A stretch of DNA of 64,000 nt. It comes from Gammaproteobacteria bacterium. GTDB taxonomy: Bacteria > Pseudomonadota > Gammaproteobacteria > Pseudomonadales > IMCC2047. The notes under the pieces were generated by a model. It searched no databases and was not told the DNA's origin. It saw only the letters and a list, made by a program, of their open reading frames with translations. Where the stretch lies: the NCBI GenBank assembly GCA_021773395.1, contig JAJFKB010000002.1:513050-577049 (forward strand), in the 5' to 3' direction. A program made the translations under genes and the position numbers. Position 1 is the first letter of the stretch, and each line of letters starts with the position of its first letter. Shown here one piece after another: positions 55,130 to 64,000 of this stretch.

Positions 55130-56638
55130 TTAGCCTCTGCTACCTAACCGTTTCATATTTAACGCTTGCTTAACCTGTTCGGCATCATCAAAGGCGACCC
55201 GCGCACCTTTAACTTCCTGCCACTGCTCATGGCCTTTGCCGGCGACCAGCACCAAATCCGTTTCAAACGCCTGATTAATCGCACTACGAATTGCCTGTGC
55301 TCGATCCAACTCCACCCTTGCTCTACCTGGATTTCGCATTCCGGATTTAATATCGTGCACAATCTTTTCCGGATCTTCACCACGAGGATTATCATTAGTA
55401 AGCACTAACTCATCGCTTAAGCGTTCAGCCACTTCGCCCATAACCGGCCTTTTACCCTGATCTCTATCTCCACCGCACCCAAACACACACCAAACCTTTC
55501 CGCTGCTTAATTCACGTAGCGTTGTCAGGGTCACATCCAGCGCGTCAGGCGTATGCGCATAATCAACCACAACAGTAGGCAGCCCACCACCACCAAACCT
55601 CTCCATTCTCCCGGGAGCTGTTTTGATCGAGGTGATAGCCTCAAGAACACGTTCGATTGGAATACCCTGTACGCAAAGCACGCTGAAAACCGCTAATAGA
55701 TTTGCCAGATTAAACCGCCCCATCAAGGAACTGCTGATTATTCCCTCGCCCCAGGGTGAGCTAATGGCTGCGGTTAATCCTTTATGGTCAAACTGCACAC
55801 TCTTAACCCGGATATCCGCATCACTACTGCTAATTCCGTAACTATAGAGCGTGAGCTTTTCCGGCAACCGATTCACCAATTCCCGCCCATAAGCGTCATC
55901 CACATTGATAATAGCGTGCCTGATTCCTGGCAAATAAAAGAACTTGCGTTTGCTCTCGCCATAGCTTTGCATATCACCATGGTAATCCAGATGGTCACGC
56001 GTCAAATTGGTAAAAATTGCTGTATCAAAGCGAACTGCGTCGGCACGCCCCTGGTCCATACCATGGGACGAGACTTCCAGCGCAACCGCTTTAAAATCCT
56101 CTCTGCTGAGTTGCGCCAGTAACTGCTGCAGGGTAATTGCATCCGGGGTGGTATGGCTGGTACTTTGCAGGGCGTCAACCGAACCATAGCCTAAGGTGCC
56201 TATAACCCCGCAACGAATGCCAAGATGGTCCATTGCTGCCGCTATAAACTGGCAGCAGGAGGTTTTTCCATTGGTACCCGTTACACCAATCACTTCCATC
56301 TGATGAGATGGTTGGTGGTAAAAGTAACCAGCTATATCACTGACTTTACGTTTAAGATCAGTTACACCAATCAAAGGTGCCGAACAGGGTGGCAAAGAGG
56401 TTAACAGGTCGGACTCCACCAGTATCGCTACCGCACCACGAGCGGCAGCACTTTCAATGTACCTGAGGCCATTATCATGAATACCCTGCAGCGCAAAAAA
56501 CAGATCGCCGGGGACAACCTTACGGCTATCCAACTTTAAGCCCGACACTATCAAAGGTGGTGGCGCGGGCTCCACCATGTCAGCCAAAAGCTGATTCAGC
56601 GGCATCTGATACGAAGATTCTGTCACTTGCGTTCTCAT
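55130..56638 (-). CDS. murE: UDP-N-acetylmuramoyl-L-alanyl-D-glutamate--2,6-diaminopimelate ligase
   Basis: 502 aa with VTGTNGKTS and the DNPR motif (LTNDNPRGED) of meso-DAP-adding MurE. Confidence 0.95.
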   Translation of the reverse strand: MRTQVTESSYQMPLNQLLADMVEPAPPPLIVSGLKLDSRKVVPGDLFFALQGIHDNGLRYIESAAARGAVAILVESDLLTSLPPCSAPLIGVTDLKRKVSDIAGYFYHQPSHQMEVIGVTGTNGKTSCCQFIAAAMDHLGIRCGVIGTLGYGSVDALQSTSHTTPDAITLQQLLAQLSREDFKAVALEVSSHGMDQGRADAVRFDTAIFTNLTRDHLDYHGDMQSYGESKRKFFYLPGIRHAIINVDDAYGRELVNRLPEKLTLYSYGISSSDADIRVKSVQFDHKGLTAAISSPWGEGIISSSLMGRFNLANLLAVFSVLCVQGIPIERVLEAITSIKTAPGRMERFGGGGLPTVVVDYAHTPDALDVTLTTLRELSSGKVWCVFGCGGDRDQGKRPVMGEVAERLSDELVLTNDNPRGEDPEKIVHDIKSGMRNPGRARVELDRAQAIRSAINQAFETDLVLVAGKGHEQWQEVKGARVAFDDAEQVKQALNMKRLGSRG

Positions 56639-58416
56639 GCGCTTTGATCACTCCGGCGGTATCGCTCTGGTGACCGGCCCATTACAGCAAAAAAGGGTCT
56701 ATTATTAGACTCCACCAACGTCTGATTATTCACCTCCAGCCTGTCAGGAGAAACATTCAGCAAGCGCAGGGCACCAGCCACTACACGTGAAAACACTGGT
56801 GCTGCCACTTCACCACCGTAATATTCTTTACCACTGGGCTCATCAATCAGCACCACCGCCACCACCCGAGGGTTGCTGACCGGAGCAAGGCCTGCAAAAA
56901 GCGCTATATATTTATCCGCCTGGTAACCACCTTCGCTCAACTTGTGTACTGTCCCTGTTTTACCTGCGACACGATACGAGGGCACGCTCGCGCGTGTCCC
57001 CGTACCGCCCTTAGTCACAACTGTTTCAAGCATGTTAATGAGTGCAGACGCGGTTTCAGAATTCATAACCGGTATACCAGGAACCGATTCATTGTGCTTC
57101 AACAGGGAAACCGGCTGTAGCTCACCCTGATTGGCAAAAACGGTATAGGCCTGCGCCAACTGTAATGTTGTTACCGACAATCCGTAACCATAGGAGAGAG
57201 TCGCCAGCTCGATATCTCGCCAATTATCCCTGTAGGGCAACAACCCTCCCTGCTCTCCCGGAAATCCGCTGCCCGTATCCTGACCTAGGCGTACCCTACT
57301 GAACATCGACCATAACTCCTCCGCATCCATCGAAAGAGCAATTTTACTGGCGCCAACATTACTTGACTTGGTAATCAGGGTTGCCAGGTCTATTTCGCCG
57401 TAATTTCTATGATCCCGAATGGTATTTCTGCCAACGCGCAAATAACCAGGTGACGTATCAATTATTGAACTAAGGTCGTATTTCCCTGACTCAATGGCTG
57501 CTGCGATCGTGAGTGGCTTCATTGTTGAACCCGGCTCAAATACATCCGTAATTGCACGATTTCGAAGGTTGGTATGATTAATTGTGCTGCGTCGATTTGG
57601 GTTATAGGAAGGCTGATTGACCAGTGCCAGCACTTCACCTGTTTGCGCGTCAAGCAGCACTAGCGCTCCCGATTTTGCCCCATGCTCTTTAACAGCAGCC
57701 TTCAGTTCGCGATAAGCCAAATACTGTAATCGCAAGTCGATACTAAGATTGATATTTTGCCCCGCCTTCTCTTCCTGAAGCGACTGCAGATCTTTAATGA
57801 TACGACCCGAACGATCCTTCATGACCAGTTTTCTACCCGCAACACCTTGCAACCAAGCATCGTAGGCCAATTCCATACCTTCCTGGCCCATATCATCGAT
57901 ATCGGTAAAGCCGACAAGGTGTGCAGCCACTTCAGCCGCCGGATAGTAGCGGCGATATTCCTTTAGCCCGTACACTCCCGCCACATCAAGCGCCAACACC
58001 CGCTCCGCCGATGCCGGCGGCAAATGCCGCTTGAGATATACAAACTCACGATTTTGACTATTCTTTAGTCGCTGCCTTAGTGCCCTATCCGTCATATCCA
58101 GAGGTATCGCCAATCGCTCGACGGCGACCTCAATATCATCAACTTCTTTGGGATTAATCCAGATTGAGACTACCGGAGTGCTCACCGCCAGCGGCTGGTC
58201 ATTGCGATCCAGTATCATGCCCCGGTGCGCTGATACCTTCTCGACTCGCAGAGTGCGAGCCTCGCCTTGCGTATTCAAAAACTCGTGGTTCAATACCTGC
58301 AGATCTATTACCCGCCACACCAAAAGCGCAAAGGCCAGGAAGACCATACCCATGGCTAACTTATAGCGCCATGGGTAGGCCTTCAGCTCCCGGTTTTTAA
58401 TCGCAATAGGCTTCAA
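56635..58416 (-). CDS. ftsI: peptidoglycan D,D-transpeptidase FtsI (PBP3)
   Basis: 593 aa with an N-terminal TM segment and the motifs STMK, SSN and KTGT. Confidence 0.96.
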   Translation of the reverse strand: MKPIAIKNRELKAYPWRYKLAMGMVFLAFALLVWRVIDLQVLNHEFLNTQGEARTLRVEKVSAHRGMILDRNDQPLAVSTPVVSIWINPKEVDDIEVAVERLAIPLDMTDRALRQRLKNSQNREFVYLKRHLPPASAERVLALDVAGVYGLKEYRRYYPAAEVAAHLVGFTDIDDMGQEGMELAYDAWLQGVAGRKLVMKDRSGRIIKDLQSLQEEKAGQNINLSIDLRLQYLAYRELKAAVKEHGAKSGALVLLDAQTGEVLALVNQPSYNPNRRSTINHTNLRNRAITDVFEPGSTMKPLTIAAAIESGKYDLSSIIDTSPGYLRVGRNTIRDHRNYGEIDLATLITKSSNVGASKIALSMDAEELWSMFSRVRLGQDTGSGFPGEQGGLLPYRDNWRDIELATLSYGYGLSVTTLQLAQAYTVFANQGELQPVSLLKHNESVPGIPVMNSETASALINMLETVVTKGGTGTRASVPSYRVAGKTGTVHKLSEGGYQADKYIALFAGLAPVSNPRVVAVVLIDEPSGKEYYGGEVAAPVFSRVVAGALRLLNVSPDRLEVNNQTLVESNNRPFFAVMGRSPERYRRSDQSA

Positions 58417-58730
58417 TGCTGCACCATGATAATTTCTTGCGCACTAGGCGCTCTCATTCCAAGACGATTTAACGCAATTTTCTCGATTCTAGCGTGCGCT
58501 GCAAACGCGCTCTGCTCCAGCAGCAACTGCCCCCACTCAACGTCCATTCGGTCACGAATCTGCAGCATCATTTGATATTCATTAAATAAGCGACGATTCA
58601 GATGACTTACATAAATAACCGCTATGGCCGAGCTCAGCACAACGCTAACCAACAGCATTTTTGCAAACAACATCCGATAATCGGCCCAAAGACTCTTTCC
58701 GCCGGTGACACGAGAGTCTGTCGTGACCAC
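58413..58730 (-). CDS. ftsL: cell division protein FtsL
   Basis: 105 aa with a single TM segment and a leucine-zipper-like periplasmic helix. It lies between rsmH and ftsI. Confidence 0.85.
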   Translation of the reverse strand: MVTTDSRVTGGKSLWADYRMLFAKMLLVSVVLSSAIAVIYVSHLNRRLFNEYQMMLQIRDRMDVEWGQLLLEQSAFAAHARIEKIALNRLGMRAPSAQEIIMVQH

Positions 58731-59663
58731 CTAAGCCACCTTCTCCGCAACTCTCATTACCGCGCTACGCGCCCTGACATTGGCCCTTACCTCTGCCACT
58801 GAGGGCTTAACCGCCTTACCGATACGACGCATTCTTGATTTGATCTGACTAGCCGGTATTGGAAGGTACCTGGGGTACTGTGGGCCACGCTCTTGATCCC
58901 GAAAAAACCGCTTCACAATTCTATCTTCCAATGAATGAAAGCTAATCACTACCAGTCGACCACCCACTGCCAGCACATCCAGTGCCTGCTCAAGAGCTGT
59001 AGTGAGGTCATCCAGCTCACTATTTATATAAATACGAATCGCCTGAAACGCTCGGGTTGCCGGATGCTTACCTTTTTCCCATGCCGGATTTGCTTTAGCG
59101 ACGATCTCTGCAAGTTGTCGTGTTGTATTTATCGGTCGCTCAATGCGGGCTTCAACAATTGCTCTGGCCATACGCCTGGCAAATCTCTCCTCCCCGTATT
59201 CTTTCAGAACAACCGCGATATCGTCTTGCTTGGCTTTGGCTAGCCATTCGGCAGCACTTATACCGGCACTTAGGTCCATCCGCATATCCAAGGGACCGTC
59301 GTGATTAAAACTAAAGCCCCTCTCAGGATCATCCAACTGTGGCGAAGAGACACCCAAATCCAGCAACACTCCGGAAATCTGGCCGCACAACCCGTGTCGA
59401 ACGGCCAAAGATTCGATATCTGCAAAGGATGCGTGCTCGATCATGACTCGCGGATCCTGGCCAAATTGTTTGTTAGCATGCTCGACCGCCTCCGGATCTT
59501 TATCTACTAGCAACAACCGCCCTGAATTACCCAATACTTTTAATATTTCTCGAGTATGGCCGCCCCGACCGAAAGTACCATCGACATAACAACCTTGCGG
59601 GGCGCTTACTAATGCCTTTACTGCCTCATCCAGCAGTACCGTCTCATGATTACGCTCGGTCAT
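58731..59663 (-). CDS. rsmH: 16S rRNA (cytosine1402-N4)-methyltransferase
   Basis: 310 aa reading [10 protein letters not shown]...[10 protein letters not shown]...[10 protein letters not shown]...SFHSLEDR. Confidence 0.97.
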   Translation of the reverse strand: MTERNHETVLLDEAVKALVSAPQGCYVDGTFGRGGHTREILKVLGNSGRLLLVDKDPEAVEHANKQFGQDPRVMIEHASFADIESLAVRHGLCGQISGVLLDLGVSSPQLDDPERGFSFNHDGPLDMRMDLSAGISAAEWLAKAKQDDIAVVLKEYGEERFARRMARAIVEARIERPINTTRQLAEIVAKANPAWEKGKHPATRAFQAIRIYINSELDDLTTALEQALDVLAVGGRLVVISFHSLEDRIVKRFFRDQERGPQYPRYLPIPASQIKSRMRRIGKAVKPSVAEVRANVRARSAVMRVAEKVA

Positions 59664-59668
59664 TGTCG

Positions 59669-60133
59669 TTACAGTGATAACGAGCTAAATTCTTCTGGCA
59701 GCTGGTCTTGCGAGAGCTCTTCATCAAAATAGTCATCTCGCTTATCATTCCAGCAATCCTCACTCCACAACTCAAACTTGTTGCCCTGGCCCAGCAATAT
59801 GGTCTTTTTCCCCAGCTGTGCGTACTCCCTTAAAGGTGGTGTAAGCAATAACCGGCCATTTGCATCCAGGTCAATATCGGTCGCATGTCCAATCAACAAT
59901 CGCTGTATACGCCTCGCCGTGGCATTAAAGCTTGGCAACGCCTCTATTTTACGCTGAGTGTCTTCCCACTCAGGCAAAGGGTAAATCAACAAACATCTCT
60001 CCTGGGTATCAATAGTCACCACCAGTTGCCCACGGCAATGCTCAACCAGACGATCACGATAACGCGTCGGAATGGCCACACGGCCCTTGGCATCTAAATT
60101 TATGGCGTTAACCCCACGAAGCACGAATGACAT
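59669..60133 (-). CDS. mraZ: transcriptional regulator MraZ
   Basis: 154 aa with two SpoVT/AbrB-like halves (DAKGRVAIP / DANGRLLLT). Confidence 0.96.
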   Translation of the reverse strand: MSFVLRGVNAINLDAKGRVAIPTRYRDRLVEHCRGQLVVTIDTQERCLLIYPLPEWEDTQRKIEALPSFNATARRIQRLLIGHATDIDLDANGRLLLTPPLREYAQLGKKTILLGQGNKFELWSEDCWNDKRDDYFDEELSQDQLPEEFSSLSL

Positions 60134-60162
60134 CCTTTATTAGTATTTTAGACTCAATAAAA

Positions 60163-60187
60163 TCCACTTTTACCCACTTTTCTCCAC
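60163..60187 (-). promoter_or_regulatory. MraZ operator: three GTGG(A/G) direct repeats at 10-bp spacing
   Basis: The minus strand reads GTGGAgaaaaGTGGGtaaaaGTGGA. Plus-strand TCCAC, CCCAC and TCCAC start at 60163, 60173 and 60183. It lies 30-55 nt upstream of the mraZ ATG. E. coli MraZ binds three TGGGN repeats with 5-nt spacers. Confidence 0.7.
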
Positions 60188-60195
60188 TAATCTAC

Positions 60196-60225
60196 ACTAT
60201 AGGAATCGATCATGGTTGTTGTCAA
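60196..60225 (-). promoter_or_regulatory. candidate sigma-70 Pmra promoter of the dcw cluster
   Basis: The minus strand reads TTGACA-N18-TATAGT. The predicted start site falls at the first MraZ repeat. Confidence 0.5.
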
Positions 60226-60501
60226 CCAAGAAATGTCCTTTAAAAAGAAGGAATAGCCTTTAAAACACAACAACTTACGTCGTATTAGCTAGATGCCCTG
60301 AGAGGAACATGGAGGGAAGGATCAATAAAACAATCAGGTAAAATTATAACTTAATGTAAATTCTACTTTGTTAGACTATTTTTAAATTAAAAAAATATTT
60401 TAATAATTCAACAGACTATAAAACCTTACGGAATCCGATCCTACTTTATTTAACTCGAAGAGTTAAGCTAATAGTGCATTGGGGGAAAGGTATAGAAAAG
60501 A

Positions 60502-60840
60502 TTAGTACGCAGCTAGACTATCCAAAAATACTCGCACTTTGGCAGGAACCAGTCTGCGGGTAGGGAACAGAGCGTAGACACTAATATAAGCGATCGCCTC
60601 ATTCCTGGCATCATGCAGTTGTGCGAACAGGGGTTTAATATGGGAGCACAGCGATTCTCCTGCCTCGGTCAAACAAATCAGTCGAGTGGTACGCTCTAAC
60701 AGGCGCACACTGAGGCTTACCTCAAGCCTGGCGACCGCATTTCCAATAGTGGATTTCGGGCGGTTTAAGAGCTTCGCTGCAGCAGTAAAACCACCCGAAT
60801 CTGCAACACAGCAAAAAGTTTCATAATCATCCCGGCTCAT
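60502..60840 (-). CDS. LysR-family regulator remnant: HTH plus linker helix fused in frame to the extreme C-terminal tail, with the effector-binding domain missing (possible pseudogene)
   Basis: Trimmed to MSRDDYETFCCVADSGGFTAAAKLLNRPKSTIGNAVARLEVSLSVRLLERTTR (LysR wHTH) with RBS GAGGAG upstream. The tail ...ALFPTRRLVPAKVRVFLDSLAAY is the usual LTTR C-terminus. The total is only 112 aa against about 300. Confidence 0.7.
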   Translation of the reverse strand: MSRDDYETFCCVADSGGFTAAAKLLNRPKSTIGNAVARLEVSLSVRLLERTTRLICLTEAGESLCSHIKPLFAQLHDARNEAIAYISVYALFPTRRLVPAKVRVFLDSLAAY

Positions 60841-61021
60841 CTTAACTCCTCGCTCTATAGCCTCCACTGTTCTTTATGTTGAACAATATGTATAAATTTA
60901 CTGCATTTACTGTCCAGATTTAAATGATTATTATTTGAAATTGTGAATACTAATAAAACGGCTTTTGCAGCTAGTTGAAATTGGCAGATAGTCTGGAAAA
61001 ATACAGGAAAGGTTACAGGAT

Positions 61022-61984
61022 TTGAACAGTAAAAATTTTGGCCCTTTGCAAGAAAAAATCAGCCCTTCTCAGGCCTATATATTATCAGCCACGACGGTGT
61101 TTTTATGGGCCCTTGGTGTAGTAATTGCGCGCGCTGTGCATGAAGAGATTCCATTGATAGGGCTTTCCTTTTATCGCTGGACTTTTGCAGCCTTGGCGCT
61201 GCTACCGTTTGTTTGGCGGGAGCTAAAGGAGGGCTCCTCCATCATACGGGCTAATATTAAAGTTCTGATAGTTCAGGGAATGCTCCTCGTCGGGAGTGGA
61301 ACCTTATTGTTTTACGCCATGAACTTCACCACCGCGATTAATGCAACTATGGTGAACGCAACACAACCGGTTATCACCGCTCTTCTTGCCTGGGTATTAC
61401 TGCGGGAAAGATTAAAAGGTATTCAGGTGCTGGGTGTTACTTCAGCGGTGCTGGGTGTCGGTATCATGGTATCAAAGGCAGACTGGCTTGTTATTACTAG
61501 CTTCAGTTTTAATACTGGTGATATTTTAGTGGCTTTAGCGGTCGTCGGATATGCGCTTTATGCAACCAATTTACGTAATTTACCACCACAAATTGGAGCT
61601 TTTCCGGCCCTGTTCGTAATACTTACCGCAGGCAGTTTTTTCCTTTTCCCTTTTTATATAGCGGAAACTCTTTATGTCAAGCCAGTCCCCTTTGCTATTA
61701 AGACGGTTGGGCTAGTTATTACATTAGCGGTTTTAGTCTCCATTCTATCAATGGTGATGTGGAATGTCGCAAATCAGGCAATAGGTCCCGGACGCGCGGG
61801 TGTATTCGTTAATTTGATACCAGTATACGGTGCTATTCTTGCCACCTCATTTCTTGACGAAAAGTTATACTACTACCATGTGCTCGGCGGCTTTTTTGTC
61901 TGCGCGGGCATTTTAATGGTGATTGGAACGTATGGATTCAGAGGTAGCTCAAGTAAAACAGGAGAGCATTCGGGCGATGGATGA
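61022..61984 (+). CDS. DMT-superfamily (EamA-type) transporter
   Basis: 320 aa with 10 TM segments in two EamA-like halves. It has a TTG start and is divergent from the LysR remnant. Confidence 0.8.
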   Translation: MNSKNFGPLQEKISPSQAYILSATTVFLWALGVVIARAVHEEIPLIGLSFYRWTFAALALLPFVWRELKEGSSIIRANIKVLIVQGMLLVGSGTLLFYAMNFTTAINATMVNATQPVITALLAWVLLRERLKGIQVLGVTSAVLGVGIMVSKADWLVITSFSFNTGDILVALAVVGYALYATNLRNLPPQIGAFPALFVILTAGSFFLFPFYIAETLYVKPVPFAIKTVGLVITLAVLVSILSMVMWNVANQAIGPGRAGVFVNLIPVYGAILATSFLDEKLYYYHVLGGFFVCAGILMVIGTYGFRGSSSKTGEHSGDG

Positions 61985-62253
61985 ATACATTAATCAAACA
62001 GCTATTGATCTTCGGAGTTTAACTCATTCAGTTGATACATCTCCTAAATTTTTTGATATATTTTACGAGCAATCTGGAAGGTAAAATCCTGTGTTTCGCT
62101 GTAAATCCATCATCTATTCTTAGCGACTTTATAAGTGCCCGCCAATCAAAAAACTTGATTTTTAAGGGCATTTATCATCTAAAACAATATATTCCACTTC
62201 TTTTTAGTAGTGTTTTTAGTAACATTCCTTGAGCAAGTAGCGTAGTAGATAGC

Positions 62254-62280
62254 AAAAAAAGGGTAACAATAAGTTACCCC
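62254..62280 (-). terminator. rho-independent terminator after rnpB
   Basis: The minus strand reads GGGTAACttattGTTACCC followed by T7, about 10 nt after the RNase P RNA 3' end. Confidence 0.8.
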
Positions 62281-62288
62281 TTAATTTC

Positions 62289-62760
62289 GAGTTGGCCTAT
62301 AAGCCGGGTTCTGTCGTGGACAGTCATTCATCTAGGGTATGCGTCACCACATACCTCAAGCAACCTACCCGAATCCGGCGCGGACCACGCCAATGGATTC
62401 CTATTTGGTCTTGCTCCGAGCGGGGTTTACCTTGCCACGGAATGTTGCCACCCGTGCGGTGCGCTCTTACCGCACCATTTCACCCTTACCTCCTACCAAA
62501 GGGGTAGCCCCTTATGATCGATCGGCGGTATACTTTCTGCTGCACTTTCCGTAGGCTCGCGCCCCCCAGGGGTTACCTGGCACTCTGTCCTATGGAGCCC
62601 GGACTTTCCTCCGTACCACTTACCTTTACCCAATCATCCTTGCTAATAGTCCTTATCCTGTCGCATTTACGGCGCATGATGAGCGATCACTGCAAAAGCC
62701 GATTGCAGTGATCGCCGATTAGAGTAAAAGTAAGTGGTAAGGCGACTGCCCAGCCAACTC
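62289..62760 (-). ncRNA. rnpB: RNase P RNA, bacterial type A, with expanded P3
   Basis: The minus strand begins GAGTTGGCTGGGCAGTCGCC. It contains GGAGGAAAGTCCGGGCTCCATAGG, GCCAGGTAAC, GGTAAGGGTGAAA.GGTGCGGTAAGAGCGCACC, GGTAAACCCC and AGATGAATGACTGTCCACGACAGAACCCGGCTTATAGGCCAACTC. The P1 ends pair. Confidence 0.95.
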
Positions 62761-62767
62761 GTCGCAC

Positions 62768-62796
62768 AGAATAACTTCATTCAGCCGATTGAGCAA
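62768..62796 (-). promoter_or_regulatory. candidate sigma-70 promoter of rnpB
   Basis: The minus strand reads TTGCTC-N17-TATTCT, with the -10 ending 7 nt before the mature 5' G. Confidence 0.4.
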
Positions 62797-62847
62797 CTGC
62801 CTGCACCTCAGCTGACCGCAAATAAACCCATGCATTTTCACTAACGA

Positions 62848-63693
62848 TCAGCCAGCCTGTTCCTTTAGCGCCAACGCCCTCTTATAAATCTCATTTTTAT
62901 TTTTATTCATAATTTTTGCGGTCAATTGAGATGCCTGTTTTAGTGACACTTCCTGTAACAGCAGGCTCAGGACGCGATCAATCTCAGCCTGCCCATCCTC
63001 GCCTTCCACTTCATCTGGCGCACCGCTAATTAAAACTACCATCTCTCCTCGCTGCTGATTTGCATCATTCGCTAACCAACTACAGAGCGCTTGCAATGAG
63101 TCCTGATGAATCGTCTCGTACGCCTTGGTCAGCTCTCGCGCAATGACCGCATTCCGATCCCCGCCAAAGACAGTCAGCATATCCGCCACACTTTCGCAAA
63201 TACGGTGTGGTGACTCATAAAGAACGATGGTCCGCTGCTCCTTTTGAAACAAAGAGAGCCGCTCCAATCTCGCTTTGCTTTTGGCCGGCAAAAATCCTTC
63301 AAAAACAAATCGGTCAGACGCCAACCCCGATGCGCAAAGCGCAGTCACCAGCGCACAGGGCCCCGGTATAGGTATCACTGGAATAGATGCTTGGCGAACA
63401 CGATTGACCAACTGATATCCAGGATCTGAAATAAGAGGCGTCCCTGCGTCAGAGATCAAGGCAATACGCTTACCATCCTTTAGCTGGGCCAACAGCCAAT
63501 CACTTTGGGGCCCCTCGTTATGCTCGTGATAGGCTCGCAACGGCTTGCTAATACCAAAGTGTTGCAGCAAGCGCCCACTGTGGCGAGTATCTTCTGCCGC
63601 CACCAAATCCACCATGCGTAACACCTCGAGTGCTCTAGCACTCATATCACCCAAATTACCTATGGGTGTGGCAACAACATACAGCTCGCTCAT
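62848..63693 (-). CDS. rsmI: 16S rRNA (cytidine1402-2'-O)-methyltransferase
   Basis: 281 aa reading LYVVATPIGNLGDMSARALEVL...AEDTRHS...SDAGTP.ISDPG (tetrapyrrole-methylase-fold RsmI). Confidence 0.95.
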   Translation of the reverse strand: MSELYVVATPIGNLGDMSARALEVLRMVDLVAAEDTRHSGRLLQHFGISKPLRAYHEHNEGPQSDWLLAQLKDGKRIALISDAGTPLISDPGYQLVNRVRQASIPVIPIPGPCALVTALCASGLASDRFVFEGFLPAKSKARLERLSLFQKEQRTIVLYESPHRICESVADMLTVFGGDRNAVIARELTKAYETIHQDSLQALCSWLANDANQQRGEMVVLISGAPDEVEGEDGQAEIDRVLSLLLQEVSLKQASQLTAKIMNKNKNEIYKRALALKEQAG

Positions 63694-63792
63694 TAGGATT
63701 CACTCTATTATTGGCACTAACTGGCCGGTGTAGGTTAAACTAACGCCCGTTCCCCACAGCGCAGAAATGAGGTCAGGGCTTACGACCCTAAC

Positions 63793-64000
63793 ATGTTGAG
63801 ATCAATTCGTTATCCAATCCTGTTATTATTGGCATTGTACCAACTGTTACTGGCCGGTTGCACGGTTGCGCCAGTAAAAGATCCTACGCCGCAACGGGAG
63901 ACTCCTGAACAATCACTGAGCAGGCTTTATCAACTTGCCCAGAATAGCCGCTCACCGGATACTGAAGGATACTTGTTAGAAGCCGCTACCGTTCTAATAT
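63793..64000 (+). CDS. lpoA: penicillin-binding protein activator LpoA (3' end outside window)
   Basis: Starts MLRSIRYPILLLLALYQLLLAGC with a lipobox. It is divergent from rsmI, as in E. coli and Pseudomonas. Confidence 0.75.
   Translation, partial: MLRSIRYPILLLLALYQLLLAGCTVAPVKDPTPQRETPEQSLSRLYQLAQNSRSPDTEGYLLEAATVLI

Noticed and set aside
62032-62232. 66-aa TTG-initiated ORF between the EamA gene and the rnpB terminator
   Set aside because: It is AT-rich with Phe/Ile/Leu/Ser-biased composition, has no RBS and an unusual start, and I could not find a better ORF on either strand. I treat it as non-coding spacer.
62292-62711. Three overlapping plus-strand ORFs (65-71 aa)
   Set aside because: They lie entirely within the RNase P RNA gene on the opposite strand. 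The region is explained by rnpB.

Overview
This 64 kb window is gammaproteobacterial chromosome with Pseudomonas-like gene order, and almost all of it is housekeeping sequence. From left to right it contains seven blocks. (1) An AT-richer glycosylation gene set lies directly downstream of the type IVa pilin gene pilA, which is divergent from pilBCD-coaE-yacG. (2) prfC, a small membrane protein gene, groES-groEL and fxsA. (3) An SDR reductase, ampG-yajQ, a PanE-like reductase and an isolated napGH-like pair. (4) aceE-aceF. (5) The peptidoglycan-recycling genes ampD-ampE-nagK, an uncharacterised secreted-protein gene whose signal peptide is out of frame, a DUF1631 gene, a retropepsin-like protease gene and nadC. 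(6) mutT, argJ, secA, an M23 peptidase, a DUF721/DciA-like gene, lpxC and a complete dcw cluster (mraZ through ftsZ). (7) A collapsed LysR remnant, an EamA transporter, RNase P RNA (rnpB, unusually long), rsmI and the start of lpoA. I found no rRNA, tRNA, CRISPR array, transposase, integrase or recognisable phage or defence genes. The best candidate for something undescribed is the pilA-linked module. It consists of a polytopic GT-C-like membrane protein with a C-terminal TPR domain (TMTC/PMT-like), a GtrB/ArnC-like polyprenyl-phosphate glycosyltransferase, two methyltransferases and a GT4 enzyme. I read this as a periplasmic, lipid-phosphate-sugar-dependent pilin O-glycosylation system distinct from the TfpO/PglL (Wzy_C) type. 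Secondary curiosities are the frameshifted secreted protein, the domain-deleted LysR, the about 127 nt P3 expansion in rnpB, and a structured about 160 nt element between yacG and prfC. All functional calls come from reading the translated ORFs and DNA motifs by eye. No database search was run.
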